Below, in pieces: positions 56,801 through 64,000 of a stretch of 64,000 bases of DNA (position 1 is the stretch's first letter; each line of letters opens with the position of its first letter). The notes beneath the pieces were generated by a model. It ran no database searches. It had not been told where the DNA came from and worked only from the letters and a program-made list of their open reading frames with translations. A program made the translations under genes and the position numbers. The stretch comes from a virus (taxonomy: Duplodnaviria; Caudoviricetes): positions 32,001-96,000 of the IMG/VR virus record IMGVR_UViG_3300021400_000034; one strand, written 5' to 3'.

Positions 56801-56987
56801 AGCGCTGAGATGCGCTGCAGAGCAGCAGAAGTTTCACTCTCTAGCGTGCGCTCTGCTCTCGATAGGAGACGAGAAGAACTACAAGAGATACTTCGACAGA
56901 GCGGAGAGGTTCGGAAGAGGTGTTCCGAAGTGCCTACGGAAAGCTGTCGAGAACGGACTGGAGATAAAGAATGAAGAAGAAGATTGA
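56763..56987 (+). CDS. hypothetical protein
   Basis: ORF track. Confidence 0.55.
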   Translation: MEKELRKQLWLSRALRCAAEQQKFHSLACALLSIGDEKNYKRYFDRAERFGRGVPKCLRKAVENGLEIKNEEED

Positions 56988-57231
56988 GATCGAGTTTGAC
57001 GGCGCTGACAGAGACGGCTTCACTGACCTGCAGGTGATCGAGCTCAACAAGATCCTCACTCGTGCGATACACCAGATCCACGAGTTCTCTAATCCCAAGA
57101 AAGTGACCGTTGACGGAAACGTCTTCTGGCTCAGAGGAGGTGCTCCAGAGCCGAAGGTCGCTAAGAAGACTTATCCAGTGCATCACGAAGAGCACATCGT
57201 GATGCAGAGACCAACCTTCAAGAAGAGGTAA
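56971..57231 (+). CDS. hypothetical protein
   Basis: RBS ggag. Confidence 0.65.
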   Translation: MKKKIEIEFDGADRDGFTDLQVIELNKILTRAIHQIHEFSNPKKVTVDGNVFWLRGGAPEPKVAKKTYPVHHEEHIVMQRPTFKKR

Positions 57232-57237
57232 ACTACA

Positions 57238-57942
57238 ATGACCACGACAACTCAATGGGCCGAGAACGAAGTCCGTCTCGCAAAGGAAAGAGAGCACAAG
57301 AACTCTAGCGCTGAAGACGCTGCACTCTTCGGAGGCTATGTCGACGCTTGCTACGACTCTGCGCTCAAGACTTACAAGTGCATGGCTGAGGACGGACACT
57401 CGGGCATGTCTTGGGGAATCACCAAGAACATTCTCATCAAGCTTCTCAACGACGTCCCGCTCGGACCTATCGAAGAAAATGAAGACTGCTGGTCTGGGCA
57501 AAACACTCTTGACAAGTCACAGCAGTGCACGCGCCGATTCTCTCTGTTCCGCGAGAAACAAGATGACGGCACTTGGAAGTACCACGACATCGACCTAGTC
57601 GCAGTGGACGACGTCTATCCGGATCACATCTCTGCCGTAGGATCTAAGTTCGGGGACTCGCTCTGCGAGAAGCTGTTCGGAGATATCATCACTTTCCCGT
57701 ACTATCCGCCCGTTCATCCGTATCGCGTCCGCCGCATCGAGATCAACGGTCTCACTAGGAACGGCAACGACGTCGTCTTCGTTCCGTTCGTCAAGAAGCC
57801 TAACGGTGAGATCGTAGAAATCAACAAGTTCTACGAAGACAAGTGGGAGGATCCTATCGAGATAGGATTCGAGTTCAGGATGAATCCGGAACAAGAGAAA
57901 GAATTTGACGAGAAGAAGAAGTACTCGGACTCTCGCCGCTAA
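57238..57942 (+). CDS. conserved phage protein
   Basis: WAENEV, EDGHSGMS, PL.PI, ITFPY.P. Confidence 0.75.
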   Translation: MTTTTQWAENEVRLAKEREHKNSSAEDAALFGGYVDACYDSALKTYKCMAEDGHSGMSWGITKNILIKLLNDVPLGPIEENEDCWSGQNTLDKSQQCTRRFSLFREKQDDGTWKYHDIDLVAVDDVYPDHISAVGSKFGDSLCEKLFGDIITFPYYPPVHPYRVRRIEINGLTRNGNDVVFVPFVKKPNGEIVEINKFYEDKWEDPIEIGFEFRMNPEQEKEFDEKKKYSDSRR

Positions 57943-57973
57943 CGCTTAACAACTAACAACAGGAGCAAACTAA

Positions 57974-59254
57974 ATGCAAATCTCAACTAAAATGATCAAG
58001 TGGGCAGTCGCTATCGTGCTGGCCTTCATCGCAAGCATCTGGCTGATCTGTGAAAACGTCGGGTACAAGAACTCGACAGAGATCGTCATCAAGCAGAGCC
58101 CGTTCGGCACCATGAGCTGTGTCGAAGACCAGGGCTACTACTTCAAGGGCTTCTCTAGGACATGGACGTTCTTGAAGGCTCGCTCGTTCTACTTCAACTC
58201 TTCGACTGAGAAGGTCGGAGGCAAGGCATGGGAAGGAGACGACACTGATGAAGATGACATCGAAGTGACTCTGTCCCGCAACTCTAAGGCCTGGATCTCT
58301 GGCTACCTCATGTACGAGCTTCCGTCCGACTGCTCTGTGCTTCTCCGTCTTCGTGACAAGCACCACACCGACGACGAGATCAAGCACAACCTCGTAAGAA
58401 ACGCCGTGATGTCGGGTATCGCTAAGACAGCTCCGATGTTCACCGCAGAAGCTGCTAAGGTCACTAACCTGGTTGAGTTCCAGGCTCTCGCGTACGACCA
58501 GATCACTCAGGGCGAGTACATGACCGAGACACATACCGAGCGTGAGCTAGTCTCCGAAGAAGAGAAAGATTCGACCGGAAAGGTCATCAAGAAGGCCGAA
58601 TACGCAGAATACAAAGTCACTAGCTTGAAGAAGGACTCTCTAGGCCACCGCATCATCATGAACGAGTCTGCTCTGCACGAGTTCGAGATCAAGGTCACCC
58701 AGTTCCAGATCCGTGGCGTCAAGCTCGACTCTGTCTCTCAGAACCAGCTAGATGTCGTGAAGAGACGTGAGACTCAGCGTGTCGCTAAGATCACAGAAGC
58801 CGAGACGGCTAAGCAGGACGCTATCACGAACGAAGCTAACGGTAAGGCGAACGCTGCCAAGGCTAAGTGGGACGCAGAAGCTGAGAAGGCACGAGTCATC
58901 GTGAAGATGGAACAGTCGAAGGACTCTGCAATCATCTTGGCAGAACGTGAAGCTGAAGTCGCTAAGAGAAACGCACAGAAGGCGAAGTATCAGGCTGACT
59001 CTACCCGTGAAGCTGGCCGAGCAGAAGCTGAAGCTAACCGCTTGAAGGTTCTAGCTGGTCTTACTCCCCAAGAACGCGCTGAGTGGGAATACAAGACTAA
59101 GGTCGGCGTCGCAGAAGCTCTCGCTAAGTCTGCACAGCCTCTCGTTCCAGAGATCATGATGTCTGGAGACTCTAAGGGCGGAGCAGGAACTGCGATGGAC
59201 GCAGTGGGCCTGAACATGCTCATGGATCTGACGAACAAGCTATCAACGAAGTGA
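57974..59254 (+). CDS. SPFH/band-7 (flotillin-like) membrane protein
   Basis: N-terminal TM, SPFH-like core, long AE-rich coiled coil. Confidence 0.8.
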   Translation: MQISTKMIKWAVAIVLAFIASIWLICENVGYKNSTEIVIKQSPFGTMSCVEDQGYYFKGFSRTWTFLKARSFYFNSSTEKVGGKAWEGDDTDEDDIEVTLSRNSKAWISGYLMYELPSDCSVLLRLRDKHHTDDEIKHNLVRNAVMSGIAKTAPMFTAEAAKVTNLVEFQALAYDQITQGEYMTETHTERELVSEEEKDSTGKVIKKAEYAEYKVTSLKKDSLGHRIIMNESALHEFEIKVTQFQIRGVKLDSVSQNQLDVVKRRETQRVAKITEAETAKQDAITNEANGKANAAKAKWDAEAEKARVIVKMEQSKDSAIILAEREAEVAKRNAQKAKYQADSTREAGRAEAEANRLKVLAGLTPQERAEWEYKTKVGVAEALAKSAQPLVPEIMMSGDSKGGAGTAMDAVGLNMLMDLTNKLSTK

Positions 59255-59472
59255 AAGCGTAAGACCACGGCGACGATCACGCACGCTGGAGGAAGTCAGA
59301 TATCCGATCCAGGAGCTATGGTCTTGAAAGAGAACTCGACTCCGATGGTGTTCAAGTAAAGTTTCCTTTACAAAGGAAAGCGCAAGGCTCTGGCGCCAAA
59401 TAGAGCCAAGATGAAAAACCCATACACCGTGGCGGTTGGGAGGTCGGCGCAAGCTGGCCTCTCACGCTTTTT
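59255..59472 (+). ncRNA. candidate structured RNA ending in a GNRA-capped terminator
   Basis: Several short helices and gggaggtcggc-gcaa-gctggcctctc followed by a T-run. Confidence 0.4.
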
Positions 59473-59492
59473 GAGATTTTTTGAGAAAACTG

Positions 59493-59521
59493 TTTACAAA
59501 ATCGACAAATTTTCCTATAAT
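59493..59521 (+). promoter_or_regulatory. sigma70-like early promoter
   Basis: TTTACA-N17-TATAAT. Confidence 0.75.
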
Positions 59522-59553
59522 ATATTGTACAACTCTCTAACACGGAGACCTAT

Positions 59554-59901
59554 ATGGAACTTCCCGATAGCCTCGACTACGAAGCTGCAAAGTTCGTAGA
59601 GATGAAGCGCAATCCTAACAGCAAACTCGTCGAAGTTGAGGATGCCTATGACGATCTCGTGAAGCACACTGCTAGCTTCCTTCAAGATCGTTGGCTCAAC
59701 GAATTCCTCGACGGCAAGGCTCCTAACCCTTCTCTCTTCGATCTGCTCATCGTCTGCGCTGCAGACGCCGTAGATCTCGTCGACGAAATCGTCTCCGTCG
59801 AAGAAGCTGATGAAGAGCCGATTCAGCTGACTGACCACGACAAAGAGCTATTCCTCAAGGCTATGAGCAAGGTGAACGGAGGCAAGAATGAAGATATTTA
59901 A
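59554..59901 (+). CDS. hypothetical protein
   Basis: RBS ggag. Confidence 0.7.
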   Translation: MELPDSLDYEAAKFVEMKRNPNSKLVEVEDAYDDLVKHTASFLQDRWLNEFLDGKAPNPSLFDLLIVCAADAVDLVDEIVSVEEADEEPIQLTDHDKELFLKAMSKVNGGKNEDI

Positions 59902-60721
59902 GAGATCAGACGCTAGGGCGAAAGTCGGAGACACTGTCGTGATCGAGGGCTTCAAGTGCGACAGTGACTGCTCTCTCCCGCATAGCGAGCGCAGTCTCAT
60001 CGGAAAGATTGGCAAGGTGACGCTAGTCGACGACTTTGGCGCAATACACGGCACGTGGGGCGGTATTTCGCTTCTGCCCTGTGATGACTATCACGTTATC
60101 GAAAAGGACAATAAGATGGAGATGTGCGACGAAAAGGACATACCGGAAGAAGCCCCAGACCGTGGCAACTTTCCGAGGATAGGGAACAGCGACTACCGCT
60201 TCAATCTGTGGTACAAGTTTCCGAAGCTTGTCGAGAAGGAGAAGTCAGAGGACGGCCTCTATCACATGATCGACAACTATCGTGGAGAGCACAACTTCGA
60301 ATCCGACGATCTCATCGACTACATGAGAGAGTCTCTGTCTGGGATCAAGCTCATCGAGTGCTTCGACTGCAACGACGACTACTGGTCCGGGGACATCAAC
60401 GATCGCGTCAGGTACTCGTACAGCATCTCCGCGTTCATTCCGGAACGTGAGTGCGGAATAGATGCCGTCTACACTCAAGAGGGCATGAAGTCTTTCGACG
60501 AGATCGACTATCAGAAGTCTGGAGAATGGGTCGCTAAGATGCTCGACGATCTCGGCGCTGTGCTCGACATAGATGAGTGCATCGAACTGATCAAGCGACA
60601 GCAGGACGATGCTAAGGATTTGATCGACTCGAACAATGAGCTGTTCGAGATCATAGGCGACGTCAACGAGAGACTCAGGGCTGCAATAAGCGGCGATAAA
60701 TCTATTATAAAGGAGAACTAA
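59888..60721 (+). CDS. hypothetical protein with N-terminal DUF4314-like domain
   Basis: GKIGKVTLVDDFGAIHGTWGGISLLP. Confidence 0.6.
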   Translation: MKIFKRSDARAKVGDTVVIEGFKCDSDCSLPHSERSLIGKIGKVTLVDDFGAIHGTWGGISLLPCDDYHVIEKDNKMEMCDEKDIPEEAPDRGNFPRIGNSDYRFNLWYKFPKLVEKEKSEDGLYHMIDNYRGEHNFESDDLIDYMRESLSGIKLIECFDCNDDYWSGDINDRVRYSYSISAFIPERECGIDAVYTQEGMKSFDEIDYQKSGEWVAKMLDDLGAVLDIDECIELIKRQQDDAKDLIDSNNELFEIIGDVNERLRAAISGDKSIIKEN

Positions 60722-60886
60722 ATGACCTTAACTTGCAAAGACGGCGAATTGAACGTTCAAGACATGATCTACAACTTGTTTCCGAAAGTGAGAGCTTTCG
60801 TGGATGACCCGAGAGTTCAGGAGTGGGCTAAAGAGCACAAGATGACTGAAGTCTTCCAGAAAGTCCAAGAGAGGGTAGGTGTATGA
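60722..60886 (+). CDS. small hypothetical protein (54 aa)
   Basis: RBS aggag; MTLTCKDGELNVQD... Confidence 0.6.
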   Translation: MTLTCKDGELNVQDMIYNLFPKVRAFVDDPRVQEWAKEHKMTEVFQKVQERVGV

Positions 60887-61152
60887 ACTTCCATCCTTTC
60901 GTGTCTGGTCTCATCGTAGCTGCAGCGGCGCTCATCTTCGGATGCTCGTGCGCTGACTGCTCTATGGGAAACAAGTACGTCAAAGTCTGCCGCATGGACG
61001 CTAGCAATCAAGACTGCTACGAGTTCAAGGATGTGCATGTCATACAAGGAAAGACGATGATCACGATCCAAGACGGCCACAACAAGTTCTCCTTCAACAA
61101 GTCCGGATGGTCTATCCTAGTGATGGACAAGGGAGAGAGGAACAGAAGATGA
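60883..61152 (+). CDS. putative lipoprotein / secreted protein
   Basis: Hydrophobic signal ending IFGC. Confidence 0.55.
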   Translation: MNFHPFVSGLIVAAAALIFGCSCADCSMGNKYVKVCRMDASNQDCYEFKDVHVIQGKTMITIQDGHNKFSFNKSGWSILVMDKGERNRR

Positions 61153-61409
61153 GATACCTAAACCTAGAGACCGCTATTCGCGAGATCAAGAAAGACCTAG
61201 ACTTTTTCAACATCGACTACAAGATGGATTCTGACGTCAGCTTCGTCAACTTCCTTCTCGGCGAAGAAGAAGATGTTCTCGCTGTGTCGGTCAATCAAGA
61301 CAAGTACTACGCACACTTTGATGTCCCAGGCGACACAGTGACCGAGAAGATCAGTACGGTCAAGTACTGGATCGCTACATGGGCTCACAAACACGATGAT
61401 CTAAACTGA
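61149..61409 (+). CDS. hypothetical protein
   Basis: ATGA overlap. Confidence 0.65.
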   Translation: MRYLNLETAIREIKKDLDFFNIDYKMDSDVSFVNFLLGEEEDVLAVSVNQDKYYAHFDVPGDTVTEKISTVKYWIATWAHKHDDLN

Positions 61410-61807
61410 TGAAGTTCAAAGACGAAACTTACAATCTGCCTCTCATCAATGGGCTAACTGAAGAAGACTTTCCGCTGCTGCACGACATGTGCCGCAAGAA
61501 CGACTACGGCACTAGCGAAAACGTGAAGGTCATGTCTGAGCTCTACACGGGCTCAGAACCGCTCGCTGTGGCGGTCTATCGAGACAAGTGGGACGAAGAG
61601 ACGGCCACGACGAAGCGGCGTGTGCTAGTCCTAGAAGTGAACAAGAACAAACATCTCCTAGGACTCGGAAAGAAGATGCTAGACGAGCTCAAGTGGGACT
61701 GCGAAGAGATCCGTCTCGGCTATGTGCCAGAGTCTATAGAGTTCTACCGAAAGAACGGCTTCGTCGAGTCAGGAGAGAACGAGATGCTATGGAGGCGAGA
61801 TGACTAA
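61409..61807 (+). CDS. GNAT-family acetyltransferase
   Basis: LEV...LGLGKKML...FYRKNGF. Confidence 0.75.
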   Translation: MKFKDETYNLPLINGLTEEDFPLLHDMCRKNDYGTSENVKVMSELYTGSEPLAVAVYRDKWDEETATTKRRVLVLEVNKNKHLLGLGKKMLDELKWDCEEIRLGYVPESIEFYRKNGFVESGENEMLWRRDD

Positions 61808-62063
61808 CAACTCTGAAGAGAAAGAGTTCACGTTCTGGATCATTCGTCTGAGCCGCATCGTCTTTGACTCCAGCGATCCTAACAAGCGTGAGTACGAGAA
61901 GACTCAGTACTACGAGAAGCCTGCGCTAGTCGATACTCCAGAGCGTGCTAAGCACTTCAGGACTCTGAAGAACGCAGAGAAGATTGCAGCAGCTTACAGG
62001 AGCATCGGGTACAAGACTGGAATTCTAGAATACAGAGCACAACTTCAAAACGGAGAAAGCTAA
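61800..62063 (+). CDS. hypothetical protein
   Basis: ORF track. Confidence 0.6.
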   Translation: MTNNSEEKEFTFWIIRLSRIVFDSSDPNKREYEKTQYYEKPALVDTPERAKHFRTLKNAEKIAAAYRSIGYKTGILEYRAQLQNGES

Positions 62064-62064
62064 T

Positions 62065-62829
62065 ATGAAGAGCTATCGCGATTTGTGTCATAATTCTACT
62101 GAGAATTTTCTATCAGAGAAGCAGTATAATATACTATCCTTCAAAGAGTACATAACTGAGAGACTCCAGTTCACTACTAGAGTAGATTTTGAAAAGCACT
62201 TGAGCGCGAATAAGTGCGATCTTCTAGACTATGCGACTACTAGGAACGGAAATAGATATATTCTTCTAGGTAAAGTGCTAGATCTTTACTCTTCTGGTGT
62301 GAGTTTAGAAGAACAGATACTGAACTTTAATAAGTTTCTGGAGAAATATTCGTATCGCGTATCTCGGATAATCAGAAGCATGTCAAAGCTATATGTCGAG
62401 ATAGTTCCCGAGAACTTTAGAGACCTTCCTACTAGAGACTTTCAGAATCTATATATTCATCTAAGTAGGACTGACGGATTAGATGATATCGGAATGAAGC
62501 CTAAGAGCTCTAAGTCTGTCGATGCGCTAGATATGTATGACGAGAGAGTCTACTTATTTCCGCTATCCGCTCTACTTGAGGAAACAGTCGATATTGACGA
62601 CGAAGATGAAGTCTTTAATAGCATCTATAAGTCAACTGAACGAATAGTCAAAATGTTCAACTCGATGCGAGCTGAGAAGAGGGACTATTTCGTATATCTC
62701 GTAGACATAAGTAAGCAGTCTATGCAGACTTATCGAGATCCAGAGTATACCGAGAGGAGCGCAGTCTACGTAAAGAACTATATCAAGCCTGACGCTATTA
62801 GAAAAATTGGAAAAATCTACAAGGAGTAA
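62065..62829 (+). CDS. hypothetical protein, possible ADP-ribosyltransferase/Tpt1-like fold
   Basis: LYIHLS..GMKP..RVYL..YLVD..YRDP..AVYV..IKP.AI; AT-richer than neighbours. Confidence 0.45.
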   Translation: MKSYRDLCHNSTENFLSEKQYNILSFKEYITERLQFTTRVDFEKHLSANKCDLLDYATTRNGNRYILLGKVLDLYSSGVSLEEQILNFNKFLEKYSYRVSRIIRSMSKLYVEIVPENFRDLPTRDFQNLYIHLSRTDGLDDIGMKPKSSKSVDALDMYDERVYLFPLSALLEETVDIDDEDEVFNSIYKSTERIVKMFNSMRAEKRDYFVYLVDISKQSMQTYRDPEYTERSAVYVKNYIKPDAIRKIGKIYKE

Positions 62830-62836
62830 AATAATC

Positions 62837-64000
62837 ATGTATGGAAAGCCGCTAGCCTACGTCGTTAAAGTGGGAGAGATCCGAGAAATCCCTGACGCAG
62901 ACCGCATCGAGCTAGCCACGGTGATGGACTACACTGTCGTCGTGAAGAAGAACGAGTTCAAGGAAGGAGACCTCGGCGTCTATGTCGAAGTCGACTCTGT
63001 CCTTCCTGACGGACTAGCAGAACAGCCAGAGCTGAGAGACAAGTACATAAAGCTGTCTCAGCACGACGGCGAGTACGAGAACTGGTCCGAAGATCAGATT
63101 CAGGCTGCAGCCGCAGAGATCATGAAGGTCCACAAGTACCCGTACTTCGAGTTCCTTCGCGGCAAGAAGTTCAAGATCAAGTCCATGAAGCTGAGCAAGT
63201 TCGGCGTCGTGTCTCAAGGCATTCTGTTCCGCCCCGTCGACTTAGGACTCGGAGACGTGAAGATCGGACAAGACCTGACTCAGCGCTTCGAGATCACCGA
63301 GATCGTCCAAGACGAAGAAGAAGCTGGTCTCGCTGCTCAGTACCAGAAGGACGGCTGGATAGTCAAGAAGCTCATGCGATTCAAGTGGTTCCGTGACTGG
63401 CGCAAGCGCAAGAAGCATCCGGAGATCTGGGATCCGACTCATCCAGGCAAGTCGGACGAAGAGAACGTCCAGAAGGTCTACTCCAAGATGTACGAGAAGT
63501 ACAAAGATGAAGAGTGGGTGGCTACTGAGAAGCTCGAAGGTCAGAATATCACGATCTTCACTGAGTACGAAGATCAAGTCAAGTGGCTGTTCTTCAAGAA
63601 GAGAGTCAAGCGCGTCGGCGTCTGCTCTCGAACTCGTGAAGTTCCTAAGGGCACTGAGTTCTGGAAGACGGTCGAGCGTCTAGGCCTAGACAAAGAGATC
63701 TCGGCTATCGAAGGGGAGTGGTTCTGTCGCGGCGAGCATGTCGGTCCAGGAATTCAGGGAAACATATACAAGCTCGACAAGACGGACATCATATTCTTCG
63801 ACTTCTACAAGAAGGTCTACGAAGATGAAGAGAACAAGAAAATGTCGCACTGGGTGAAGCTCAACTTTGAAGAGTCTGTCAAGTTCGCCAAGGAGAACAA
63901 CCTCAAGTTCGTTCCTATCCTCGACGAGCACTACAAGCTTCCAGCGCCGACTGTCAATGACAAGGGCGTGAAGGTCTCTGGCGCTGACATCATGCTACAG
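62837..64000 (+). CDS. RNA ligase, DRB0094/Rnl2-like family, 3'-truncated by window edge (missing from ORF track)
   Basis: LAYVVKV.EI..IPDADRIE, VYVEVDSVLP, SQG, KSDEE, TEKLEG, CSR, GEHVGPGIQGN.Y. Confidence 0.88.
   Translation, partial: MYGKPLAYVVKVGEIREIPDADRIELATVMDYTVVVKKNEFKEGDLGVYVEVDSVLPDGLAEQPELRDKYIKLSQHDGEYENWSEDQIQAAAAEIMKVHKYPYFEFLRGKKFKIKSMKLSKFGVVSQGILFRPVDLGLGDVKIGQDLTQRFEITEIVQDEEEAGLAAQYQKDGWIVKKLMRFKWFRDWRKRKKHPEIWDPTHPGKSDEENVQKVYSKMYEKYKDEEWVATEKLEGQNITIFTEYEDQVKWLFFKKRVKRVGVCSRTREVPKGTEFWKTVERLGLDKEISAIEGEWFCRGEHVGPGIQGNIYKLDKTDIIFFDFYKKVYEDEENKKMSHWVKLNFEESVKFAKENNLKFVPILDEHYKLPAPTVNDKGVKVSGADIMLQ

Noticed and set aside
59255-59472. RNase P RNA, tmRNA or SAM-I riboswitch
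   Set aside because: Only short resemblances (ggaggaagtc, gccaaatag, aagatgaa); no P4 partner, no tRNA-like ends, no adequate P1 helix
1-64000. tRNA, rRNA, integrase, transposase or cas genes
   Set aside because: No cloverleaf with T-loop and CCA end, rRNA signature or such protein motifs recognised by eye; tRNAscan-SE/ARAGORN would confirm

Overview
This window is part of a large, lytic, T4-related (myovirus-like) phage genome, coded almost entirely on the + strand. T4-like core genes are scattered among accessory ORFs: terminase nuclease half, gp14 neck, gp21 prohead protease, hub-like protein, RNase H and Rnl1. There are also nucleotide-metabolism genes (dUTPase, ThyX, dCMP deaminase), a sigma70-family factor, a DinG-like helicase, an RNA-repair-like block, a possible lysis cassette (M15 peptidase + small TM protein + patatin) and an ~19 kb mosaic tail-fibre/adhesin locus. 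Two promoter classes are visible: T4-late TATAAATA and TTTA(C/G)(A/G/C)-N17-TATATT. Four Fib_succ_major-like domains and a YxxP/LLAGS peptide suggest a Fibrobacter/Bacteroidota-type host (inference). Main highlights: (1) the terminase large subunit appears only as a C-terminal half fused to the C-fragment of an atypically split (AceL-TerL-like) intein, with no N-half anywhere in the window, implying trans-splicing between distant loci; (2) a nine-member early paralog array sharing an R-V-x-x-V-R-x-Y-F helix, interrupted by a ~680 bp structured non-coding island; (3) two internally collapsed fibre pseudogenes and two glycosyltransferases inside the fibre locus; (4) several candidate structured RNAs. 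No tRNA, rRNA, CRISPR array, integrase or reverse transcriptase was recognised. All family calls come from motif recognition by eye, not database searches.
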